Below, one piece after another: positions 26,405 to 38,871 of a stretch of 64,000 bases of DNA (position 1 is its first letter; each line of letters opens with the position of its first letter). Origin of the DNA: Welwitschia mirabilis (Eukaryota). The stretch lies in the NCBI GenBank assembly GCA_051453625.1, contig JBOZIK010000001.1:21703704-21767703 (forward strand), in the 5' to 3' direction. A model generated the notes under the pieces. That model was not told the origin of the DNA, did no database searches, and was given only the letters and a program-made list of their open reading frames with translations. The position numbers and the translations under genes are program-made.

Positions 26405-28895
26405 TTAAGGAGAAGGAAGATCCTTCATGGAAAAAGTCATAAGATTATGGCCCTTTTTGCTTAGAATAGAAGGCTCCATGCCACTTAGAACTACTTTCAT
26501 CCTAGTAGGCCATGTAGGAACTACCATAGTACTAATTTTAATTAAAGAAGAAGCTACTGCAGAATCTACCTTAGTAATAGGATATAATAACTTATAGAGC
26601 CTTACATGAAGCTTACTATAAGTAAATAAAATCTCCAATATATGTTCTTTTGAGAGCTTCTTGCCATGATATATTACATTTATATCATTAATAGTAATGG
26701 CTAGAGGATCTACACAAACCTGAATCATCCTCTCACTTTTTGCTGGACAAGCAAATAAGGCAGCCTGACTTTCTTCTATTACAGCCACTTGTGAAGCATT
26801 TTCCCATGATTTCTTTTCTGACAAACATATGTTCTCTACCTCATTCTCCAACATTCGAAGGGAATCACTCATAGAATCTTACTCTTTAATTGCATGATTA
26901 TCCATGTAGTAAAATGACTTTATAATATTCATCATGTTATAGAAATCTTAGAGTGGAGTAAGCCATTCTCACTGTGGAGAATAATAGGAGGTGAAATGAA
27001 TAGAATGGCTGCATTCAAAATCCCATGATATAACTACTACCTTGGATCATTGATGGGTGTACATGTCATTTAGGCATGAAGCATGCATGACCTATGCATG
27101 CAGAAGACTAGAAAGGGACTAGTAATTTCCTATCTATTTTATTAATGCCTTGACCTTGGGGTATAGGATCTCTACCACTGACAGAAGCTGATCTATGCAA
27201 TAGGAAACTTGGCCCTGTTCATTTACAATAGACTAGGAAGCTATAGCCAGGCAGTGATAAAGCTCTAGAAAAGAGCAAATAATAAGAGGTCTTTAACCTA
27301 GAGGCTAAAAACAAGGGATGGAATAAGACATATCCCCCTAATCCATTAAGATGTAAAAATCATTAAGTACCTCTTCCCCTTGAGATTCAAAAGGGAATAA
27401 TAAATCCATAAAGAGGCTAGTAGAAGGAATAGAAGAAAATGTTTCACTTATAGAAATGCACTCCTCCCTTAGCTATCAAAGATATAGCTTCTTCATAGAC
27501 CTTGATAAAATCCATGTCCTTCTCTATCAAATTTTCTACACGAGAAACTTAAAATAAAACAAGAAAATGCCTATGTCAAAAAAAAAAGAAATAAATAAAG
27601 AAAAAAAGAGATGCTAGTGGATAATACCTTATGGGGTTGGTATCGCTAAGAAAAGCTAAGGGGTGCATCCTCTTCATCTTCAAGTTTCACAAGCATAGGG
27701 AGATTCACTAAATCTTTATCACATTTCAGGCAGGAAGAGTCATAAGATCCTGAAGCCTTACTCATCTGCAAAAATACCAAATTCCAAAAACTAGAGTTAT
27801 CAGAAATATACTTAAGAGTAAGATTCCTTAGCAAAACCCATATCTCATATGGAATAGAAAAAGTACCTTGAGATATCTCTTCAAGATTATAACACCTGAA
27901 GCCTTCATTCTTCATAGATGAGGAAGATCAAGGATGTAATAAAAATTAAGTTGAAATCTCATGAGGAGACAAAACATAAGAAAAATTTATAGAATCAGCC
28001 CTAAATATTTGTATATCCCATGGACCCATAGAAAAAAAATATAAACCTAATAAAATATGGCCACAAAAATACTTTCCACAATCACCATTTCTCTTCAAGT
28101 GGGTAAACTAGGAAATTGTAGAAGAATAAACAACTAAGGCAAAATTGAAAGAAGCTCCACTACTTAGAAAGGGGAACAAGTAAATTATATGGATGGGAAT
28201 CTCACTCATGCGATCATGAAGAAAGGACCTACCATCAATTAGCTCCCCACAAGTTGCAAAACATGAAGTGGTAAGATTGGTGGTAAAATCCCATGGTGGT
28301 GGGTATCCAGCTCCTATACATATACAAAATTATCCAAGAACTTTGCTAAGAAGTATCAAAAGTCCTCCTTAGAATTAGAGACTTTGGGAGAAACATGATT
28401 ACCTTCACTCATTCTGAAGACTATCCTAATGCTTTCCTCTGAAATCTGAATTGGACCATGCTAAGGATGGGTAATGGTATCAGTATCTAGATCAAAGGAA
28501 GAATACAAGGTATTCAAGATGAAAATAACAATAGTATAACAAAGATATAAGGATGAGAAGCCATAAAGATCTAAGAGATTAGAGAAGAAGATCCAGGAGA
28601 ATCCTTGCTCTAAAGCGTGTTCCTCTAATTCCAACACTGTAGACCTGAAATTGGTAGAATTCCAAGAAATGGTAGGCCAAAGTCTATAAGCCGTATCTTA
28701 ACTAAAAAAAGAAGTGCATTCACAAATGCTACATGAAACTTATATTTGTAAGAAAAAGTAGGTTGTAAAAGGACCTGTATAAAAATCAAAATAAAAATAT
28801 TAAAATAAAAAAGATATTAAAATAAAAAAAAAGAAGAAAAAGAGATAATCAGAAGAATAAATAAAAGAATTACCAATTTAACTATGGAGGCACAT
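26405..28895 (-). pseudogene. Antisense, intron-containing accessory gene remnant of unknown function inside the chromovirus leader
   Basis: Minus-strand TATA CTATAAATAG at 28930-28939. T-rich GT..AG introns at 28775-28873 and 27548-27627. Long residual reading frames (ORFs 27646-27915 and 26405-26872, plus an open stretch at ~28320-28110). Confidence 0.65.
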
Positions 28896-29064
28896 GATAA
28901 AAGAAGTAAAAAAAGAGGGGACAATGGAGCTATTTATAGTGGTGGACTAGGGTTTAACTTAATCCTAAAATACTAGTTAACCATAATTAACCAAACCTCA
29001 TTTAAATGTAATCAACTTTAGTTAACTAAAAAAAAATCAAGGCCCTAAACTATAGTAAACTAAA

Positions 29065-29750
29065 GGCTGACATCATACTATAGAGATTAACATCACTCTT
29101 TTGAATGGTTGACATTGCACTTTAGAAGCTAACATCACACTTCTAGAAGGCAAACATTGCACTTCAGTGGCCAACATCGCACTCTCAGAAGGCCCACGTT
29201 ACACTCTAGATGAATAACATCATACTTTAGAAGCCAAACCAAAGGCCAACGTCATACTTTGTATGCTAACATCACACTTAAGAGGCTAATATCCCACTCG
29301 TAGATGGTTGACATCAAACTTTAGTAGCTAAACCAGAGGCCAACATCATACTTTGAAGGCTTATGTTGTACTTGATCTTGTCAAACTCAACATAACATTT
29401 TGAAACTTCTCAAAGTCTAGCATCACACTTGGGTGGCCGCCGTCACACTTGGATGCCCAACGTTGCACTTGTTCTTCACAAGCTCAGATTCTACTACTTT
29501 TCAAAGAAATTACTTTTTCTATCTAGCTAACCAAGAAAGCCTAACATTGTACTTGGATGGCCAACACCGAACTTGCTACTCACAAGCCTAGAACCATCTA
29601 TCGCCTCTCTAAGATCACCTGTTTTGCTCGCTAGTACAAGGGCTCCAACATTGCACTTGATGGCCTAACATCACACTTGGTGGCCTAATGTCACACTTGG
29701 AGGCCCCACATTGCACTTATTACATATAGTTACCTAACTTTACACTTGAG
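29065..29750. repeat. Tandem array of ~25 degenerate 20-21-nt units, consensus GGCCRACRTYRCACTT
   Basis: Units such as ggctgacatcatact, ggccaacatcgcact, ggccaacgtcatact, ggccgccgtcacactt and gcccaacgttgcactt. Confidence 0.9.
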
Positions 29751-29984
29751 TTCTTGGCACCATCCCTAGATACCTAGCGACACATAGACCCCAGTGGTAG
29801 TTACTCCCCATGTTAGCAATTTTGTTATGGTAACTACTAGAAACTATTCTCTCTAATCATTTTCTTAGCTATCAGGTAGTTATAGGTTCCCAACTTCCAC
29901 TAGAAAAACTATAAAAGGGTAGTACCACTAAAGGAGAAAGTAGATCTGGAGTAAGAGAACACTTGCAGAATCAAGTAAAGGAAT

Positions 29985-32900
29985 ATGAGTTTAGAAGGAG
30001 ATTGAACCCACTAGCATATCATGGAACACAGGGTCAATAAGTGAATTGATGCACTAGAAGGCCATATTAATAATATTCACTCACAAAATGAATAGTTAGC
30101 CAGTAATCTCGAGAGCCTTCTTTCTCACTTGGAAGAAAGACCTACAGAACCCAATCATAGGGAATCTTAAGAACCATCTTCTACATTAGGATAGCATACT
30201 CTTACCACCGATGTTAACCTCAAAAACATCCAAATGAGGTTATTAAATACATTGGCTAATCTTTAAGCTTTTTTGACAAATAGTTCCAACAAGTCCAACA
30301 TTGAATAACGAGAAGGAGGAGAACTTGCAACGATGATATGTTTAAAAACCTATGAAGGTAAGGCTGAAACAAGTGAGGAAGCCATACCATGGATCTAGTA
30401 ATTCGAGAAACATTTTAAACTTCAAAATATATCTCCAGAAAAATAGTGTATATATGCTACTATATTTCGTGCAGGAAACGAACAAGAATAGTGATCGAAG
30501 TACCAATAAAAACACCTGTATAAGATACCATGGAATACTTTTATTGAGAATTTTAAAAAGAAGTTCATTCTAGAAGATTTTATTGATGACCAAATGGTGC
30601 AATTCCAATGCCTACACCTAGGTAAACATCCATTAGTTGAACATTAGTTAGAATTTCAGTGTCTTATGAATTACAAAAAGAATTTTTTCAAAAAAGTAGC
30701 TAGTTAGTAGCTTTATTAGGACTTTTCCATGAAAAGTATGAAGTGTTCTCTACCTTTGGAAATTAAGTCTATAGAGGATGCCTATTATAAAATAAGGCAC
30801 TATTAGTAATAACAAGAGGATAGATGGATGGATTAACCCCACTAAGGAGATAAACATCCTCCTTTAGCCACACCACTAGTAAGGAAGCCATACAAAACAA
30901 ATCTTACCTACTATGAGTGCCGCAAGAAAGGCCACATTATCATGAACTATCCTTCCAAAGCATGACCATCAAATGTTCCTTAGCACAGTTAGCCTCAAAC
31001 TCTATAGAATCAAATCATGCCATTGAAAATAGTCTATGCTATCATTCACATAGGTATAATTCACAACCAACACTCCATCTTAGAGTTATATGGTTATATT
31101 TCATCTTTTGTTATTTCATTCCTAGTCGATAATGATGTATCACATAATTTTATTTCATCATCTTTATTTTACAAATTAAATACTACCCTTTTCAAATAAT
31201 AAGCATCTATCATAGGAGTTATAAGGGGTAATGTTTTCCTATAAGATGGAACTATTGCTCTCATTACTTTTACCATTCATTACTTACATTTTAGAAATAA
31301 GTTTTATGTCTTTCAAATTTGAGAATATCATGCCATTCTAGGAATTCCTTTCTTAGTTTTATATAATGTTTGGATTAACTTTCTCCATAGAACCTTGCAC
31401 CCATTTATTTGGATAATAAATTTTTAAAGGGAGGGAAAGAGGAAGAAAATCTTTTCAACCTCATCCAAATTAATTACTAAAGTTATTAAAAAGAAATAGG
31501 GGTTCATTCCTCTAGTATAAGTAGAAGATCATAAAAAGGATTATTTTATACAAGAAGAACTAAAGGAATTTTTAGATGTATTTAAAGATTCAAAAATGCT
31601 ACCATCCAAGAGAAAAGTATAGTATGCAATCAATTTAATTCTGGGAGCATAACTAATAGCCAAAGCACCATACCATTTCTTAGTGGTAAAATTAATAGAA
31701 TTGAAGTTATAGATCAAATAGCTATTTTTGGAAGAAAAGATTCAACCTAGTCTATCATCATTGAGGGCATCGATGTTATTTGTTAGAAATAAAAATGATA
31801 TCTTGTGACTTTGCATTGACTATAGAGAATTCAACAAAGTGATCATTAAGAACAAATACTCATTACCATAGATCGATGACCTATTAGATCAACTATAAGG
31901 GAATAAGTACTTCTCAAAGATTGATTTAAAATTTGGCTACCATCAAATCCATTTTAAGGATGAAGACATCTACAAGACTGCTTTCAAAATAAGATATGGA
32001 CATTATGAATTTGCAATAATTCCTTTTGGTTTAATAAATGTCTTAGCTATCTTTATGAGTTTAATGAATGATGTTTTTCATTCATACTTAGATAAATTTA
32101 TGGTTGACATTTTAGATGATATCCTAATATATTCTAAAAAATAAGATGATCATATTACACATTTGAGAAAAGTGCTACAAGTTCTATCCAAACATAAATT
32201 TAAGGCAAAATTAAGCAAATGTAAATTTTTCAAATAGAAATTAGTTATCTAGGACATATCATCTCTGATAAAGAAATTATAATCAACCCAGCCAAAGTAT
32301 AAGCCATAAGGAAATGGTCATAATTAAAAGACGTCATTCAAGTATGAAGTTTGTTAGGATTAGCCAGCTTTTACTAGAAATCTATTCTAGGATTTTCTCA
32401 AGTTGCAGCACCATTAATAGATTTGATCAAAGAAACAAATACATTCTACTTTGATAAGAAATGCAAGAAGACATTTCTCAGATTGAATTTACTCCTTACA
32501 ACCATACTGGTCCTTAAGATTACAGGCGTAAATAGATCATAAAAGCTTGAAGTATTTTTAAAAATAACCCCTTCTAAATATGTGATAGAGGAGATGGGGT
32601 TAGTTACTTATAGAATATGATTTTAAGCTGTAGTAAATCCCTGGAAAGGAGAATAAAGTAGCAGACACTTTAAGCAGGATGTGATGTATGTTAGCTACCA
32701 ATGTCACATCCTACTTATCCGTTTTTCTCAAAACTTCCTTGAAACAAGATCCATACTTTAAGGAAATATACCAATAGGCTCAAGAAGGAAAAGAAGTATA
32801 CACATACATGATCTCACAGGATGGATTCCTTCTAAAAAGAAGATGACTGTGCATTTCACAAGGCCCATGGAGAAGGAAACTAATGTCTAAATTACAAGAA

Positions 32901-34120
32901 GTTCCTTATGTAGGACATCCAGGATTTGTCAGAAACTATTTCTAATTATAGAAATGCTACTTCTAATCTAGAATGAAGTTAAATTTAAAGGAATACATTT
33001 CCAACTATACTATATGCTAGTAGATGAAAATTGACTAACTAAGGCCCATTGGACTCCTTCAGCCATTGGGAATACTACAATGGAAATGGAAATAGGTATC
33101 TATGGATTTCTTCACTGGGTTATCCCTCACTAATAAATAGCATGATGAAATTTTTATTTTTGTAGATAGATTAGCCAAGATGGCTCATTTTATTGCATTC
33201 TAAAGTACAAATACAATACAACAACTAGCTCTTCATTTTGTACAAGAATTTTTTGGTTTACATGATGCACCTTTGGTCATAGTATCTAAAGTTTGGAAAA
33301 GCATCTTCCACCACTTGGGTACTAATCTCAGTTTCAATACTGCTTACCATCCAGAAAAATATGGCCAAATAGAAAGAATAAATTATATATTAGAAGACAC
33401 TTTAAGATTTTATGTAGCAGGAAGGCCTAAACAATGGGAGAACTATCTACATCTAGTAGAACCTGCTTATTTCTAGACATTTCAGACTTTTATCCGCTAT
33501 TCACCCTTCGAAGCAATATATGGTAGAAATTGTTTTACACCTATTACATGGTTAAATCCTTCACAAAGGTTAGAAACAAAGCATCTTCAGAATTAAAAAT
33601 GATGGAAGAAGTAATCAAAAAAATAAAAAGATAGCTACATGCAGCACATGATTGATATAAGAAATAGTACGATTAGAAGCATCAAACCCACATAAGTTTG
33701 ATAAGTAAACAAGTACTATTAAGAATCAAACCAAAAAGAAACTCCTTAAAAATGGGAAAGTATAGTAAACTAGAACCATGATTTTGTGGTCCTTTCAAGA
33801 TTATTGAAAATATTAAGAATCTAGTATACAAACTAAAGCTTCCTCTCCAAATGTCTTGAATACATCCAATTTTTCATGTAAGCACTATGAAACCATACCA
33901 TAAAGATAAAAACCAAGACTATACCTTGAACTGATAACATATAATGCTCAAACCTAATTTAAATTTTGTATTTCAACTAGAAAAATTCCTAAGTACCAAA
34001 TCTAGGTAACTAACAAATAAAGGTATAAACAAAGTACTTCTTCAATGGACCCATTGTAATCAGCAAACATGGAAAAATAGGGAGTACATGTAAGAGACTC
34101 TTCTCAAACTTTTTAATAAT
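29985..34120 (+). pseudogene. Decayed gag-pol: gag, zinc knuckle, protease, RT, partial RNase H, integrase, chromodomain
   Basis: TYYECRKKGHIIMNYP (~30906), FLVDNDVSHNFIS (~31120), LCIDYREFNKVIIKNKY (~31810), [21 protein letters not shown] (~32112), VSMDFFTGL (~33096), FNTAYHPEKYGQIERIN, FCGPFKII, IHPIFHVS, and chromodomain-like VLLQWTHCNQQTW (~34030-34075). Confidence 0.92.
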
Positions 34121-35396
34121 AAAAACTAATATACCATTTTTGTGTTATATTATCAATGTATTTGTAATTAAATGATATCTCCTCTCTTCTATTATGTCTT
34201 ATAGATTTTACATACAAAAATGTGGAGGAGCATGGTTTTAGAAGTAATGAAAATCAAGAAGAGACCGTACTCGAGGACGAGCACAATTCCTAAGAGGAAG
34301 GGAAATGTAATGTTACAAAATCCTTAATTGAATAATGATGTATGTTAAGCACTAATGAAGTGTGGTTAATAAGAGGTGTAAATGGGTGTAATCCAAATAT
34401 ATAAAGATGTGTCTTTCATTATGTAATATAAGCTTATGGGATTAGGTGGTGGTGGATAGACTGGATGGATGTAATCGACGACAACATTGGCTAATCTCCA
34501 AGGTTCTTAGGAGGGAACTAAGGTCATAATCCATGTCTTTACCTATAACCACTAGTCCAACGCTATTTGCTAATGATGTGGAATGTACTCTGCTGCTATC
34601 AATAATAAAAGCATGTTTCTCTCTAAATTATTCCTTGTTATTTCTATGGATCCTGGCATATTATTTTAAATGTTTCTTTTTATGTAAAGTAATCTGAAAA
34701 TAGTAAAATGGGACATTATAAGCATCCTATGTTTTCATTATTTAGAATTCTATTTTCTAAGGTTTAGTTTTCTTATATGAAAAAATAAAAAATCCACATG
34801 TCTAATTCTTATAAAGGAATGAGTAGATTTTTAAGTTAGCATGTTTTAGGAAAATACAGATGTAAGGCATATGCTATGTTTAGAAGATATTTCTAACAAA
34901 ACATATAAGAGGATAAGATTATAGTATTCCTTAATAATTATGATTCCTTTTAAGTCTTATAGAATAATAGTATCTCTAAGGAGCATTAAAGTGAGTTGTA
35001 GAGATCAAAATAAGGCTTTTTAAGGTCATTATTGAGGAGATCTTATGAAAGCTATATTAGATGTGATTTTAGTTTGTAAGCTTGTATTTTTTTTAATCAA
35101 TCATGTAAAGTTATTCTCTCATTGCCTTTAATACTTTGTTTTTAATCTATAATCTTGTATATTTTGTACCATTTATAATAAATGTTTCTTTCATTGCCTC
35201 TAATATCTTGTTTTCTTATGCATTTCTTTTTCTTTTTTATTTCTCACTAGATACACAATTCTAAAAGTTCTCTTAAGGTTTTTTGTTCATTTTCTTTTTA
35301 TAAATAATACTACAAGAGAATGCCTTTATCTACTTATTTAGAACTCTTACATATATCTTCATAGTTAGGACACATCTTCTAAGATCGTGACTTACA

Positions 35397-37700
35397 GTAA
35401 AAATCAAGTCATAGTACTAGGCATACTAATTCTACCTTTATAAAATAAGTATTTCTAACACCCCACCTTAACATTAAGTTTGTATAAAACATAACATCAT
35501 AAGTAGTATTAAATACCACTAAAAACATGCAAACTTGAAATAGTACTAAGAAATGTTAAAAATTTAGAACAAACTAGGAACAACTTTTGATAAACTCAAA
35601 ATATCTTGGGATAATTTCAGAAATTAACTTAAAAACTTGAAATTTATTTTTTTCTCCTGCTATTAAAATTTCTACATTTTCTAGTTTAAATTTTGCCATA
35701 AGTACTTGTTTTTAAAGTTTATAATATAGAATATACTTAAATTCTCATAGTAAATTATAGTTGGATGACTTAACTTTTAAAAATTAATACATTTACTTTA
35801 TTTTCTTGAAATCTTTAATTCCTCAAAATTAATGTTTCTTTTATGACTTTATTAATTTATTTTTTTAATATTCATTAACAAGTGTCAACATGATGCCTTT
35901 AGATGATGTTGAAATATTTTTAAGTGTGGAAACAATGTAACTATATCTTGATGGAAGGCTAAATAAGAGAATTAATTTTGTGTCATCTTCATCAATTTTG
36001 GAATTTATTGATGCATGCTATTTTAAATGTAATTTAAAAACGTTAATGTGCTAATCCATAACTCTTGTTTTATTCACTTGTAAACTATATAATTGGTGTT
36101 TTAATTCTTGTTTAGCTTGAATCCATCTTAAATTAAAAAGTGTAGATAGATAAGTCTAAACTTTCTTTGCTATGTTAGATGAATCTAATATAGTAAATTA
36201 GCTAATACATAAATATTTGAAACCCATGACCCTTAATGACCTCATAGAAAAGGATGATCTTATATTATAAATTTTTATGCAAACATTGTAAACAAGCTTA
36301 TGTCAAAATATAGGATCAAGATACAAGAGCCTTTGCTAAAGTTATAGTTTTACATGTGGACAAATCTATCTTCTAAGAATATCATAGAGAAAGGTATAAA
36401 TGATACATGTATCATAATAAAATACAAATCAATAATATAAGACATTCAACTAACTTATAAATGTCTAAGAAAATAAATTAAATTACTGTAATAATAATCT
36501 TATAAGGTATCATAAAGAATACATACATAACCTCATTATGTATATCATATATCTAACTGCACATGTGAAGAAAATCTCATAGTGGTAAAAGGAACTTTTT
36601 TGAGATAAATAAACAAGAATAATATTATTAAAGCTTGAATATTAAAGATTAAAAATATCATGTAGTATCAATAAAATTAGTCTTATAGTAAAGTCATGCA
36701 ACTATAACCAATATGGCTAGAACTGACAAAACTTAAACATGATGCAATAATACATGATTAAAATAAAATAGTAAGAGGATTCTAAATTAAATTATCTAAC
36801 ACAAAAAAATTATAAAATTAAATTAATATCACTAAAATATTAAACAAGAGTTCTATATAAGTACGAATTAATGGGGAAAGTTAAAAACGTAATTCACACT
36901 TATATATCTTAATCAAATATATAATAAAACACACACACACACATGCATATTTATATAATTATAAAGAATATTATTAATGAAAATAAATATCTATTTATAA
37001 AACCATTACTAAATAAACAAAAATGCTCATATGAAAAATCGTGACTTTACAATAAGGGTACAAGATCTTATCCTCAGATATAAAAGGAATAAGGTGATAT
37101 TTTGGAGTTGACATGATAAGAATATAAAATAAACATAAAGGATAATCCAAAGGTAAAAAATGTATATTCAATAAACTATATTATTAATACAACCCTTCAT
37201 ATAAGTAATGGAAAATATATAAGGTATTATATTAATCAAAGAATCCTTTCAAGGTATAACTTAATACAATGTTCTAAGATTAGAACTGTACTTTATGTTA
37301 TGTGAAGGAAATACTATTAAAAGTTTAATAGGATTACTAAGCAATAAAGAAAAATGATCATGATACAAGAACTCCTTACAAAGCATAGATCATCTTCAGT
37401 TTAACTTAATAATTTTATAGAGTCATATAAAATCTAATAAAGGATACCTATGATGTCTTAAAGACTGATAAGAATAATAATACTTACACTATGAGAGAGA
37501 ATAACATATGTAACCTTGTAGCCCTGTAAGGCACTAAAACCATAATCAACATCTCTAAGGCACATCTTTTGTGAGGGCTTATCAAAGTATATTTTGCATA
37601 AGGCATAGTGAATAATAGTATCAGATATGGTAGTGTGCCAAACATGAACTTGATCAAAGTCATAGTTGTTATTAGAAAAGCCTATAAATTAACCATGATA
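35397..37700 (-). mobile_element. Highly decayed Ty1/copia remnant
   Basis: Minus-strand PPT plus LTR start (aaggtgggg TGTTAG) at ~35455-35470. Integrase-like YYIRFI...AKKV*TY at ~36150-36197. The rest is barely readable. Confidence 0.5.
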
Positions 37701-37719
37701 ACCTTAGTTACCATCTAAG

Positions 37720-38256
37720 TGTTGGAACCTTTATCATTACACCAAAAGCCATGACTTAGGTGGAAACTAGAACCCATCATATTTACCCACTTGTTGGGCT
37801 AGGCATGGGAACCACATACCCAGTAAACTCTTCCTTGATCCACATGCCAAGTGGTCATATGAACTAGAAAGCCACCGAGAAGACTCAAACCCAAGACTAG
37901 CTAATAACCATGGCTCTAATACCAATTGTTAGGAAATGAATCAAATGTAAACGAAAAAATCAAAGAACACAAAACACACAAGATTTATGAGGTTCGGCAA
38001 ATTATCGTTAGGCCCTTTACTATAACACCAAAAGCCNNNNNNNNNNNNNNNNNNNNNNNNNNNNNNNNNNNNNNNNNNNNNNNNNNNNNNNNNNNNNNNN
38101 NNNNNNNNNNNNNNNNNNNNNNNNNNCACATGCCAAGTGCTCACATGAATTGGAAAGTCACCAGAGAGACTCAAACCCAAGACTATTCAACAACCATGGC
38201 TCTAATACCAATGTAAAGGGCATGAACTTTAGTGTGATGGTAATGGATCCAACACT
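37720..38256 (-). mobile_element. TRIM-like tandem with two PBS copies
   Basis: Short LTR-like unit at 37720-37824, PPT-like aaggaagagtt, ~100-bp interior ending in a Met PBS (tggtattagagcca on minus) at ~37911-37924. The unit repeats at 38006-38210 across a gap. Confidence 0.6.
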
Positions 38257-38823
38257 AAGCATATAGTATATATGATAGAGCAAGTTATAACCAAGATGTA
38301 TATAAGTACTAAAAATACTATATTACCTCATAGGAATCCATTTTTCATGAGTCTTATCAGATCCAAAACTCCCAAAAAGAGGAGAGGGGGTGGCAGGGAG
38401 AGGAAGGGAAGGGAAAAACGAAAAAAAACACACTACAGAGTTTAATGTAAACATATATATCATAAGAAAGATAAATATATCTTCTCCATAATCGCACTGA
38501 TGTCAATTAAAAATATATGAGTTTAATTTTTAAAATTAAAAGATTCATTTATGAATCATAGCCCTACTTTACACCCTTGATATTAGTTAATCTAAGATTT
38601 TCAATTGCAAATGAATGCTAGATGTATAAATATGAACATTAGGAAGAATTTCAAGATTAAGAGTAATGCAACTCAAATGCTAGATATAAACTATTTCAAC
38701 AAGAGTCATTTCAAACACTTACCAGAAATAGTAGGAAAAAAGATATCAATAAAATACTTTCTAATATAATTTTAAAATTTTTGGAAATTATAAAGAATAA
38801 TATTATATTGTTTCTGCCTGCAG

Positions 38824-38871
38824 ATATATGCTCTTGATTTGATGCAAGTCCATGTGCTTCAGGAAGCATAG
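38824..38871 (+). CDS. Candidate terminal coding exon (IYALDLMQVHVLQEA*) of a gene whose upstream exons are not visible
   Basis: Acceptor ttgtttctgcctgcag at 38808-38823, a 15-codon frame to TAG, then ~250 nt of non-decayed 3'-UTR-like sequence. Phase 0 is assumed and the product is not recognised. Confidence 0.4.
   Translation: MYALDLMQVHVLQEA

Larger units (their letters stand above)
25795..34720 (+). mobile_element. Full-length decayed chromovirus (Ty3/gypsy) with AGCAT TSD
   Basis: LTRs 25795-~26208 and 34306-34720 (both start tgtaatgttacaaaatc). AGCAT at 25790-25794 and 34721-34725. Met-type PBS gtatcagagcc at 26213-26223. PPT aagaggaagggaaa before 34306. Confidence 0.93.
17030..35396 (+). 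mobile_element. Host Ty3/gypsy element (CRM-like pol 3' half), split by two nested insertions
   Basis: The RNase H end LNFKIEYKRRKMNKFADALSQ (~17090-17150) resumes after 24389 with integrase remnants (LSMDFIV at ~24692, SLIFNVSNLVKYY at ~25470). PPT aagtggggcaagaa at ~25767. The 3' LTR starts at ~25781 and continues 34726 to ~35396. Confidence 0.75.

Noticed and set aside
29065-29750. CRISPR-like appearance of the repeat array
   Set aside because: The period is only ~21 nt with no unique 30-40-nt spacers, no cas genes, and a eukaryotic retroelement context.
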